A stretch of DNA of 64,000 nt from Podarcis vaucheri. Lineage: Eukaryota. The notes below the pieces were generated by a model, which saw only the letters and a list, made by a program, of their open reading frames with translations, was not told the DNA's origin and searched no databases. A program made the translations under genes and the position numbers. Of this stretch, positions 52,901 to 64,000 are shown one piece after another. Each line of letters starts with the position of its first letter. The first letter of the stretch is position 1. The stretch is from the NCBI GenBank assembly GCA_965113315.1, contig OZ220374.1; one strand, 5' to 3'.

Positions 52901-53158
52901 CCGTATTTTTCGCTCTATAAGACGCACCAGACCACAAGATGCATCTAGTTTTTGGAGGAGGAAAACAAGAAAAAAAAAATCTGAATCTCAGAAGACAGAA
53001 CAGAAAGAGGGATCGCTGTGCAGTGAAAGCAGCAATCCCTCTTGCTGTTCTGGCTTCTGGGATAGCTGCGCAGCCTGCATTCGCTCCATAAGACGCACAC
53101 ACATTTCCCCTTACTTTTTAGGAGGGAAAAAGTGAGTCTTATAGAGCAAAAAATACGG
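52901..53158. mobile_element. Tc1/mariner MITE related to 42815-43548
   Basis: CCGTATTTTTCGCTCTATAAGAC...GTCTTATAGAGCAAAAAATACGG|TA. Confidence 0.88.
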
Positions 53159-53713
53159 TACTTCACTGGCAGCAGGACGCATTGCCATGCCACCTCAACT
53201 GACTAGTATGTTCTGCACAGATTCCAGAATAGTTTTAAGCAGGGCCAGCCCAAGACATTGGGGCACCTGAGGCAAGCCACAAAATAGCACTGACACCCCA
53301 CTTCCCAGCCACCAGAGAAGAAGGGGAGAGTAATGATCTACATCAGGGAAAATGGGGGGAGGGGACACACTGAATCAATCCAATGGAATCAAAGGTCCGG
53401 TGGGGGGAGAGGGTCTGCTCCGAATCGTGGTGGGCAGGTGTACCACTGTAGAGGCAGCATTGCCTTCAAGGAGTGCACAGCCACGGGCACCCTAGCAGCA
53501 ACAGCAGGCAATGCATTCCTGGGAGGCCAGATCTGCCGCTTTGTGGAAACTGGCACCCGAGGCAGTTGCCTCACCTTGCCTCCTGGGTGGGCCGGCCCAG
53601 CTTCTAAGAGACGTAGAACCAAATCCTTGCTCTGGAACAGACTGCCCCAGTTCCTAAACCCGCCCTCCAAATGCTTTGGATTACAACTCCTATCAGTCCC
53701 AGCCTGTATGCCT

Positions 53714-54082
53714 AAAAGGTAAAGGACCCCTGACAATTAAGTCCAGTCATGAACGACTCTGGGGTTTCGGCGCTCATCTCGCTTTACAGGCCGAGGGAGC
53801 CAGCGTTTCTCCGCTTCCGCAGACAGTTTTTCCGGGTCATGTGGCCAGCAAGACTAAGCCGCTTCTGGCGAACCAGAGCAGTGCACTGGAAACGCCGTTT
53901 ACCTTCCCGCCGGGGCGGTACCTATTTATCTACTTGTACTTGATATGCTTTCGAACTGCTAGGTTGGCAGGAGCTGGGACTGAACAACGGGAGCTCACCC
54001 TGTTGCGGGGATTCGAACCGCCGACCTTCCGATCAGCAAGCCCTAGGTTCAGTGGTTTAGACCACAGTGCCACCTGTGTCCC
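53714..54082 (-). mobile_element. Sauria SINE, full length
   Basis: Family features; 14-bp TSD CAGCCTGTATGCCT. Confidence 0.95.
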
Positions 54083-54175
54083 CAGCCTGTATGCCTGGAG
54101 GGTGCCAATCAGAACACTTGGAGGGTATGAAATAGTTACCTGATTGCCACCAAGTTCCTGAAAGAAGGTCTATGC

Positions 54176-54672
54176 CAGGGGTCTGCAACCCGTGGCTCCG
54201 GAGCTGCATGTGGCTCTTTTACACCTTTGCCGCGGCTCCGGGGTGGATACTAGCGAGGGGAGGAGGCGCATTGGGCGCCCCGACACTCCCCACTGTGGCG
54301 GGCGCTGTACTGGCTGTGATGTCGCATGGGGGCGGTGCGTGCGTTAGTCACGCACCGTCCCTACGTCACCTTCCCACCCGCCCGCCCGCTACATTGTAAG
54401 GGACATGTACGCTGGTCACTGCATTGAAAGGGGGCATGTACGCTGGTCACTGTTTTTAAGGGGAGTGAAGAACACACACACACAAAAAGGTAACTTGTTA
54501 ATTTAACGTTTATTTCTATGAGGAGGAGTAATTCTGAGGGGTCAAACAAAGAAATAATAAAAAAGTGAGAAAAAAGTTATTTTTATAATGACGAGTTTTG
54601 CGGCTCCCAGTTTTTTTCCCTTCGGAAACGGGTCCAAGTGGCTCTTTTTGTCTTAAAGGTTGCAGACCCCTG
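54176..54672. mobile_element. Non-autonomous hAT-Charlie element
   Basis: Perfect 15-bp TIR CAGGGGTCTGCAACC/GGTTGCAGACCCCTG, perfect 8-bp TSD GTCTATGC, CpG-rich left half. Confidence 0.93.
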
Positions 54673-54790
54673 GTCTATGCAAGCAAGAAGCTGGGCCTCA
54701 GCCTGTTGTACCTGGCCGTGGTGCTGATCAGCTGAGTACCCCCCCCCCACCTCAACACCTAGGAGTCCTATTGCCAATCAATCTGACAAC

Positions 54791-55110
54791 AAGAAGAAGA
54801 AGAAGAAGAAGAAGAAGAAGAAGAAGAAGAAGAAGAAGAAGAAGAAGCAACAGCAGCAGCAGCAGCAGCAGCGTTTGGATTTCATATCCCGCCTTTCACT
54901 CCCTTTAAGGAGTCTCAAAGTGGCTAACATTCTCCTTTCCCTTCCTCCCCCACAACAAACACTCTGTGAGGTGAGTGGGGCTGAGAGACTTCAGAGAAGT
55001 GTGACTGGCCCAAGGTCACCCAGCAGCTGCATGTGGAGGAACGGGGACACGAACCCGGTTCACCAGATTACGAGACTACCGCTCTTAACCACTACACCAC
55101 ACTGGCTCTC
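54791..55110 (-). mobile_element. Squam3-type SINE with expanded (CTG)n(CTT)n tail
   Basis: Reverse complement of 45463-45715; (AAG)n then (CAG)n on the plus strand at 54791-54872. Confidence 0.9.
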
Positions 55111-56535
55111 AGAGCCATACTTCCTCTAGCAGCTAAATTGGAGTAGGAATATGTACCCATCTGTCGATGCAGTTCAATATCCACTTAGAGACACATGCAC
55201 GTAAGCCTGCTTCCACCTTCTTATGCCTCAATAAGTAGGTAGGGGTGTGTGCATTATTTCTGCAGGTGAATGGCTATTAGTAGCAAATAAAAATAATAAA
55301 AAATAAATCAATGAAGCAGGAGCCTGCCTGTTTATTGTTTCTGGGGCAGGGCGCATGAATGCGTTTGGCAAAGAAGCATCAGGAACACAGGTGCTTGTGC
55401 AACAATTTTTAGGATTTCTGCCAGACAGTTTGGTGTAGATTTTGTTTTCTGTGGTTTTACTGATGGCTATAGAAATGGAATTCTAACTCAACCTTAATAA
55501 GATCCTCTCCCCCCCCCACCCCACGTTTGTCCTATGAATAGCAAGTGCAAGGCAATTCAGAACTATTTTATTGCCACGCCATGGTCTGTGAAGGAAAAAA
55601 AAGGGATCTGATTCTGCCATACTTATAAATTTTAAAGAAGGTATTATCTGCTCATTTAAAACAAATTCTTCTATATATTCTCCAAGGGGACAGACTTATA
55701 AATAATGTAAATGTGAAAGATATACATCACCACATTAAGGTACAAATAAAATAGACTGCTACATATTATTCAATTGACTTCTATCTCTATAGCAATGTGT
55801 CAATCTTAACAATATTTTATATGGGGATTAAGCAATAAATGCAGAGAATCATTAGGCAGAAACCTGGGAATCTTATTAATTTGTAATTTAAAAAAAACAC
55901 AAAAGGAAGTCAGAGAGGCACATTGGTTTGGGAATACTTACAAGTGTTGTATTGAAATTCTTACATTGATTTAGAACAGGTTAATAATAAAAGCATGTTG
56001 ATGTTTCTATAAAATGAACAGTGCCAACATTGATATCACATTTAATGTTCTTCCTCTCTTTAAAAAAGAAGTTTTTAAATGTATATGAACTCCAGCAGTT
56101 GGCTATTACATTTTTTTTAGGACATACAGTCATCAGAACATTAATTTTAAAATAAAACCAGTGCAATTGTACATTCCAGTTCAGGAGACGGGGAGCACAC
56201 AGTCACCAAAGAACAAACAGATAAAGCCAAAGTTCCACCCAGGATTAAGGGCAATAGCTTAATAGAGGAAAAAGGCATAGTCTTATTGGTGTTTGCTACT
56301 TAGGGGAAAGAAAGTAACACAAAGTAGAAATAGTAATACATGCAACATCTTTACATGGCTTGCGTATGTTGTGGCAATTTCAACAAATTCATATCCAAAT
56401 TGCTCAGGTTATGTCTGTCAAAGTGCAAGCTGATGTGGTTCAGTGGCTAAGAAAATGAATTGCAAGTCATACAATTCCCTTTTTTGCTTCTGCCATGTTC
56501 TCAGTAGAGTCATCTTCATACAATCTTTGCACATA

Positions 56536-56776
56536 CAGTGGTACCTCGGGTTACATACACTTCAGGTTACATACGCTTCAGGTTACACACTCTGCTAACC
56601 AGAATTAGTGCTTCAGGTTAAGATCCTTGCTTCAGGATGAGAACAGAAATCGTGCTCCGGCGGTGCGGCAGCAGCAGGAGGCCCCATTAGCTAAAGTGGT
56701 GCTTCAGGTTAAGAACAGTTTCAGGTTAAGTACGGACCTCCGGAACGAAATAAGTACTTAACCCGAGGTACCACTG
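56536..56776 (+). mobile_element. Tc1/mariner MITE (CAGTGGTACCTC TIR), full length
   Basis: TA|CAGTGGTACCTCGGGTTA...TAACCCGAGGTACCACTG|TA. Confidence 0.92.
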
Positions 56777-57968
56777 TACACAGAATATGTATGGGGGTGG
56801 GGGTGGGGTGGGGGGAGACATGGAATCCCACCAGGAACCCCCACCATATGTAAATTTGATTTGTGGGATCACCAGTCTCATATAACCAACATGCTTAAGT
56901 CTAATTAATGCATGAAGGGGTTAAAGCCATAGAGTAAGCTGTCCTGCCAGGCTTACCTAGGTCACTCCCCCTCACCTTGGGAGAAAATAGGTAATCAAGC
57001 TTATTGTTGTACCTCAGTCTACCTAAAAAGCTCAGCGTGTAAAGAGGTCTGAGCTGGCTGCTCTAAGCTCAGACTTCATGGCGCTTTCAAGTGTTCTTAT
57101 ATCAATAATTTAGAAACTTTCACCCCTGCAATGAAGCCAAGGTTTACTGCCTGTGTTTTCTGACCAATGTATGGAAAAGCTCATGAACTTGACCTTTGGA
57201 GATTTTGTAAGTAAACCATTTTTAACTTACCAAATGTGTGGTCTTTTTCTATGCTAGGGGAAGAGAAGACTACTTTGGAACTTGCAAGGGCATATTTTAA
57301 AGGTCTAATAGCCTATATTTCCACGCTTTACTTTGCTGCACATTTTATTATTTTAAATCTCTGCTGGGGTTCTCTCTCGCCAAACAGTACTTGCCCCAAA
57401 CCTGGATCTTGGTATCCAAGAATTCTCCTTTTATACCTGTTTGTTCATTGCCAACCAACACAACTGACAGTCAGAACTTCTTGTGTTTAAATACTGCATA
57501 GCCAAATTCTCTCCACATCATCTTAAACCTTCAAAAGAAGCCACGAGTAGTATTGGAGGCAAGTGTCCCTCCTCACTGCTCGTGTAATGACAATATTCTC
57601 CGCCTTGCTTCTCTGCTGCTTTCACCCTAAGGATCAGTTTGTACAACGAGAGGTTTTCAGTGAAATAATTGCAACAACCAGGTGAGCTTTGTTTTGTGAA
57701 AGAGACCCAAACTGACCCTTTTGGGTTGTCTAGTATAGAGTCATAGATTTGGGACAGACATTGAAGGCAATCTATCCACTTCAAGGCTCAGCGCAGGAAC
57801 TACACAGCAAGATTCGACTGCATCATTCCTCATGCAGTGGTTCTAGCCCAGGAACAGAAAACATGTCTGCTCCTTCATCTGCATGAAGGTCCTTCAAATG
57901 TGATTCACAAGTCAATTCACATATTAATTATCATCTGATGAGCTTGTCGTGTTCTTCTCCACTGTTCT

Positions 57969-58492
57969 TCAGACCTCACCTGGAGTACTGTGTCCAGTTC
58001 TGGGCACCACAATTCAAGAAGGACACTGACAAACTGGAATGTGTCCAGAGGAGGGCAACCAAAATGGTCAAAGGCCTGGAAACGATGCCTTATGAGGAAC
58101 GGCTAAGGGAGCTGGGCATGTTTAGCCTGGAGAAGAGGAGGTTAAGGGGTGATATGATAGCCATGTTCAAATATATCAAAGGATGTCACATAGAGGAGGG
58201 AGAAAGGTTGTTTTCTGCTGCTCCAGAGAAGCGGACACGGAGCAATGGATCCAAACTACAAGAAAGTAGATTCCACCTAAACATTAGGAAGAACTTCCTG
58301 ACAGTAAGAGCTGTTTGACAGTGGACTTTGCTGCCAAGGAGTGTGGTGGAGTCTCCTCCTTTGGAGGTCTTTAAGCAGAGGCTTGACAAGCATATGTCAG
58401 GAGTGCTCTGATGGTGTTTCCTGCTTGGCAGGGGGTTGGACTCGATGGCCCTTGTGGTCTCTTCCAACTCTATGATTCTATGATTCTATGAT
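57969..58492 (+). mobile_element. CR1 LINE, 5'-truncated
   Basis: [66 protein letters not shown] is the CR1 ORF2 C-terminus; (ATTCTATG)n tail. Confidence 0.97.
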
Positions 58493-58623
58493 AGGTGCTA
58501 TAGGCACATGTTTAAAAGGTCGCACCTCTGTCAGTTAAAATATGATGGAAGTTGCCAATTTCAAACTGGTGATCATCACATGAAATACAGTAAACACATA
58601 ATTAGGCAAATCCTTCCTTGGTG

Positions 58624-58681
<58 letters not shown>
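58624..58681. repeat. (GAAA)n microsatellite
   Basis: Direct reading. Confidence 0.95.
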
Positions 58682-58682
<1 letters not shown>

Positions 58683-59554
58683 GGCTATTCAGATGTTAAC
58701 TGCCACAATCACATATAATCACTGAGAAAATTGATTCTTCAGGACTTATGCCCATGAAAGATGACAGCATTATTCTGATTATTTACATCAAATGGCCTTG
58801 GCAGCATTCCTGTTTTCTCCTGTAATGAAAGTAATGCTTGAGCTATAAAAAATTAGCCCACTATTCACTTCTCAAACATCTTCCTCAATCTGTCTAAAAG
58901 TAATGGGCCAGTCCATACTAGTTCGTGGCACCCTTCAGATGTTATGCACTACTACAACTCCTACAATTGGCCGTGCTGGCTCAGGCTGATTGGAACTGTA
59001 GTCCATGGCATCTGGAGGGCAGCACATTTTCCTTCCTCGCTTGATCACTGAGACATCAGGTGATGGCTTTCAAAAGTTATTGAGCCATCAGAGATAAAGC
59101 CCCACATGCAGAGCCATCATGTGACTTCTTCCTTTAAACCCAGGGTTCATTAGCTGTCCAACCAAGTGTCAAACAGTGAAGCAATGCACATGGTTGTGTG
59201 CTTATACAAATAAATTACTGTCAGACCTTAACTATCTACAATATTAGTTCCAATAATTTACAAAGTGTGTCCATTTTTCAACAGTTCTAGTTTTCTGGTT
59301 ATTATTACACCTTTTATGTAACCCACCCATTGGTTAATTTGTCTAACTCTGTGAGCTCTAAACACCTCAATAACCCACACAGTCATGATTATTCCATTTA
59401 TGAACGCTTGTAATTTTTGCTAACATTAATAGATTCCTAATTAGAGATTTTATGCACATCTGATTTTTTAAAAAATAATAATCCAATGAAATACAAACAG
59501 CAAAGGTCTTAATCCCAATCCTAACCTTGAAGTTTCTGATATTGTGGTCATTAC

Positions 59555-59936
59555 ATTTCTGAGCACAATTCAAAGTGTTGATGCTGACCTTTGAAGCCCG
59601 ATACGGCTTTGGTCCAGTATACCTGAAGGAGCGTTTCCACACCCATCGTCCAGCCCAGACACTGAGGTCCAGTGCCGAGGGCCTTCTGGTGGTTCCCTCC
59701 CTGCGAGAAGTAAGGTTACAGGGAACCAGGCAGAGGGCCTTCTCGGTAGTGGCGCCTGCCCTGTGGAACGCCCTCCCATTAGATATCAAGGAAATAAACA
59801 ACTATCCAAATTTTAGAAGACATCTGAAGGCAGCCCTGTTTAGGGAAGTTTTTAATGTTTGAAGTTTTATACTGTTTTTAGTGTTCTGTTGGGAGATGCC
59901 CAGAGTGTCTGGGGAAACGCAGCCAGATGGACGGGG

Positions 59937-59986
<50 letters not shown>
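59555..59986 (+). mobile_element. L2 LINE 3' fragment with (TAA)n tail
   Basis: ORF 59575..59862 contains GPVYLKE, LRSS, RAFSVVAPALWNALP and FRRHLKAALF, typical of the L2 C-terminus. Confidence 0.9.
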
Positions 59987-59988
<2 letters not shown>

Positions 59989-61962
59989 TATATGTTTCCA
60001 ATAATCATGTGCCACCTGGCATGCCCACCACATATGAAGTAAACAATGAGATGCACATAACCAACATTTGTGGCTCTGTGGAACGAACGACCCCAACTGA
60101 GATATATCTCACTCCAACTTTGTCTTCTTTCAGACAACAGGTAAAAACCCATCTTTTCACCAAACTTTCAGTGACAGATTAAAAGTCATTTTATGTGTTT
60201 TAATTATGCTATGTATGGAATTTATTAGAATTATGTTAATACTTTTGTTTGTTACATGTTATGTTTTTATATAATTTAATATAGGATCAATTTCAACGGG
60301 ATTACTCTGAGCATGGCTTTGTTAACTGTCATTTTAAGTCTAGATCCAATTGTATATTTTTCTTAAATTTTAAAATATTTTTGTCCCATCCTTCCTTGAT
60401 TCGCACCCAAGGCTGTTTATGCAACAAATAAGTTACCAATTATACCATGTGAATTCAATAACAATAACATTTCTATTATGTCATCGATGATCTATTCTGT
60501 CATATATGATCTAGTTGCAGGGGGTTGGACTAGATGATTCTGGGGTCCCTTTGAACTCCAAAATCCTACAATTCGATTATTCTAATAATAATAATAATAA
60601 AAATCAAGGAAGCCAAACAAACAGAACCACCAGCAGCAAAAAAAAGCAGTAGGCTAAGATAATGCTCAACCAAACATCCTTTTAAAGACAATGTACCATA
60701 AATGAGAAGTTCTTGCCTCCATTTCCCATCTGTCTAATCTCTAAAATTAATCATATGTGATGACCAGATTTACACAGAAGAAGGCAATCCTTCTTCTGGG
60801 TTCAGATGTTCAAGGTGTTAATGCCAAAACCAGAACTCTGAACTGTTCTCAGAAACAGCTATGATAAAATTTCAACAAGCAATTTGGGGGGAGGATTCAG
60901 AACAAGATTCTTGAATATATTCAAGAGCTTTAAAAATGAACTTATTATTAAAGCATGTGCTTTGGATACTTTTTGTACCTCACAATTATAACCAGAGACA
61001 CAGCTGCTACGAAGGCAGAATTAATAATATGTGGGACCCTGCATACATTCTGCTTTTCACAGAGGTATTTTAGAATGAAATTTGGCATAACCTTAAATGG
61101 CGGCACTTCCCATTGCACAATATTCAAGAGGTCTCTGGTGTGAAACTCAGCACCTGATTTGTCCAGCTCTTTTTCCAAGCCAGTTTAGCAATGCCTGGGA
61201 AACAGCATACAATTTCATGTGTATGAATGAGGCTTTACACAGCCTCAATATGAGATTATTCATGCTGGCTTTCCAGGATCAAAGAGGGATGTATCCTCCC
61301 GACACCCATATCTCTTTCACTCATGCACTTGTACTTCACTTAGCCTCATAGGCCCTCCTCCTAAGCTACCCACCGAATAGGAATTGCACCAGAAACAGGT
61401 TTTGCTTGAAAACCAGAAGAATGGCCAGAAGAAGAATTGTGAGTTAAGAAACAAGAAAATGCAGCAAAGCAAGAATTTCAAGCTGGCTGGGAGCTCCATT
61501 GCATCCAGCAGTCCTGGTGAAAATTTATTCTCTGCCATTTATTACTGTCTGTGAGAGCATAGGTGGAAACACCCAGGAATGAAAACCCCAGCCACAAAAC
61601 ATTCAGATAAGGCCATGATTCTTTGTTTACCTGCAGTGCTCTCTATATGAGCCAAACGGAAGAAGGAAAACTCTGATCCTAAATCTCTGCTGCCTTGTGG
61701 GATATCTTTGGGAGAAGAAAAGGCTAAGTAAACCCTTACAGTCTAAAACAGTTGGATGGTGCCTTGTATACCTCCTTCCAGCAACTCCTGCAGACAAGCT
61801 GGTGCCAAATGTATTGCTCTGCTTTTCCTTTAACAACATCAGTGAGGCTGAGAAGGGCGTCTTGTCCTCTGAGTACCCCCAGAGGTGCACGCCATTGTCT
61901 CTCAAAACAAGCAGATGCCAACAATGAAAACTACAATAATAGTGACTGTTATTTGGTACTTA

Positions 61963-62313
61963 AAAAGGTAAAGGACGCCTGACAGTTAAGTCCAGTCATG
62001 AATGACTCTGGGGTTGTGGCGCTCATATCACTTTACTGGCCAAGAGAGCCAGCATTTGTACGCAGACAGTTTTCCAGGTCACGTGGCCAGCATGACTAAG
62101 CTGCTTCTGGCGAAACCAGAGCAGCGCACGGAAACGCCGTTTATTGGTACCTATTTATCTACTTGCACTTTGAGGTGCTTTCGAACTGCTAGGTTGGCAG
62201 GAGCAGGGACCGAGCAACGGGAGCTCACCCCGTCATGGGGATTCGAACCACCGACCTTCTGATCGGCAAGCCCTAGGCTCAGTGGTTTACACCACAGCGC
62301 CACCCGCGTCCCC
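61963..62313 (-). mobile_element. Sauria SINE
   Basis: Family features; TSD TATTTG(G/C)TACTTA. Confidence 0.95.
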
Positions 62314-62519
62314 TATTTGCTACTTAGACATCAACAGTTGAAGCCTCAAATTTGTTGCTGTCCACTCTTCCTGAGCAAAGAAACCCCTCTACAGCTGCTT
62401 GACCAAGTCATAGCCCCCACTACGGGCTGCTTTGACTTATTCTGGCTGCTTATATATGAAACTGCTTGGAGTGGTCATTCAGAGTTTTGGAGCAAGTTGG
62501 CATCAATAGGCTAATGGCA

Positions 62520-62835
62520 CTCAGCTGTATTTCTCCCTGACACCTGAATGTTAGGGAAAATGGAGAGGCCAACCAATGCTTGGATGCAGCAACGAGATGG
62601 ATGAGAAAGAACAAGATGAGTTGAATCCTAGCAAGAGAGAGGCACTGTGGGTAAATGGTTCCCATGTCTGAGAACTCCTGGATGGGGTTGTCAGACCCCT
62701 AAAGGAGAATGTTCTCTATCTGAGAGGGTTCTGGGTCCAAGGTAGCCTCAGCAACTAGAAGTACCTTTCACCTGCTGGTACATCAGCTGCAACCATTCCT
62801 GGACCAGGAAAACTTGGCCATAGTAATTCACGCAT
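62520..62835 (+). mobile_element. Old degenerate L2 fragment
   Basis: CTCAGCTGTATTTCTCC, TGGATGAGAAAGAACAAGATGAGTTGAATCCTAGCAAGA (WM..NKL.LNP.K motif) and LAIVIHAL. Confidence 0.55.
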
Positions 62836-62838
62836 TGG

Positions 62839-62841
<3 letters not shown>

Positions 62842-62880
<39 letters not shown>
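62842..62880. repeat. (CA)n microsatellite
   Basis: Direct reading. Confidence 0.95.
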
Positions 62881-62882
<2 letters not shown>

Positions 62883-64000
62883 CCTAGCATGCCAGTGCAA
62901 TGTGCATTGCAACACAGCTCCACTCCATCTCTCTTCTATTTAGAGGCTGATGCAAGCCTTACATCCATACTGAGCACAGGGGAAACGAAGGAGAGCTGTT
63001 CTCGGGATGATCCTGTATGCTAGACATTATCAAATTAAAATGTCCCTGAATGCATGAAGCATTCAACAAACTAGATTCAATCTTTACTGGTTGGAAACTA
63101 AACAGGACCCTCTACTTTTATCATTGAGGCCAATCCCAGCTTCCTGGCAATTTGAACTACGTGATACATATTTTTGTCACATTCACACTTAACACTTTTA
63201 GGTGTTCAGCAACCCCTTTTGCTCATTACTTTTTCGTTCTCTCATTTCCACGCAGCAGTCTATTATTTACATTATTTCCAATCCCACATCTTGATTTATA
63301 CAGTTTTGCAAAATAAAAATGCATGTTCATATTGGAGCATCTTGTATTTTTACAGTCTAAATGAGAGCTGAGAAGCAAGGTCACTACATGAAATGGGAAG
63401 AGATATCATGGTAAAATCATGTTCCTTATTTAAAATAAGCTGACGCCCCTTCCCCCTGCCTCTCCCCGCCACCCCCACCGCCCTGAACGGTGCACAAAGA
63501 TCCCTCTGTTAATGGTGCATGCATCTTTTATGAACTGGACCCTGCCCATTGCGGGTTGTAGTTTCTTTGCTACTGAATGCATTAGCACACATATAATCAT
63601 ATTAAGGTCACAAAGACTCTATCAATTTTCTACGAATTCATACAATATTTCTTTTGCTGTTAGCACTGCTGAATATAGTGGTGATAAAGGTTGCCTATTA
63701 GAAGATGGACAGTTGAACACATTATTATTTTATGTTGGACAGCTGATCCCTAACTAAACAGGGCAGAAGACGCTCTAAATTAAACTTCCTTTCTTTCCAT
63801 TCTTGCATCCTTACTAAATGCCAAAGGGGGAGCATGTTAAAAGAACATCTATTATTTGGAGCAACTGCTACTATTTGCCTTTAAAAAAATATCACCAGCC
63901 ATCAATTTCTCGCGAGGTTCTTCACTTAATTTATATATGTTTTCATCTGATTATAAAGTAGAAACGATTTTATCTTTAAGCAGAGTTGTAATCCATGCTG

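Larger units (their letters stand above)
1..64000 (-). other. POU6F2: Interior of the POU6F2 transcription unit (two exons plus long flanking introns)
   Basis: Two consecutive internal exons found on the minus strand. I found neither the upstream exon (...SEDTPSKLF) nor the downstream polyQ exon (ATSSLNSQLQQ...), so both flanking introns probably extend beyond the window. Confidence 0.8.

Noticed and set aside
61640-61740. Possible retrotransposon 5' UTR or ribozyme relic (GAAGAAGGAAAACTCTGA)
   Set aside because: Only a vague resemblance; I could not fold it or assign a family by eye.

Overview
Vertebrate genomic DNA from a squamate reptile, most likely a lacertid lizard (Podarcis/Lacerta-type Sauria SINEs, Squam3-type SINEs, BovB, CR1, L2). 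The window lies inside the POU6F2 (RPF-1) transcription-factor gene, read on the minus strand. Only two coding exons are visible: 92 nt at 52080-52171 and 229 nt at 47682-47910, both with canonical AG/GT boundaries. The rest is long intron: transposon-poor, homeobox-motif-rich stretches that look like conserved non-coding elements, alternating with SINEs, 5'-truncated LINEs, Tc1/mariner and hAT MITEs, two solo LTRs and microsatellites. Nearly all ORFs in the track are spurious or transposon fragments. Most notable observations: (1) the two exons form a frame-preserving 321-nt cassette bracketed by a near-identical inverted Squam3 SINE pair, the geometry that favours a circular RNA, which here would be a stop-free endless ORF; (2) a multi-level nested transposon cluster at 43.8-46.2 kb; (3) a palindromic POU6-type binding site beside the 92-nt exon; (4) irregular N-runs inside unique sequence that may be masked conserved elements rather than true gaps. 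No new protein-coding system is supported. All family names come from recognition, not database searches.
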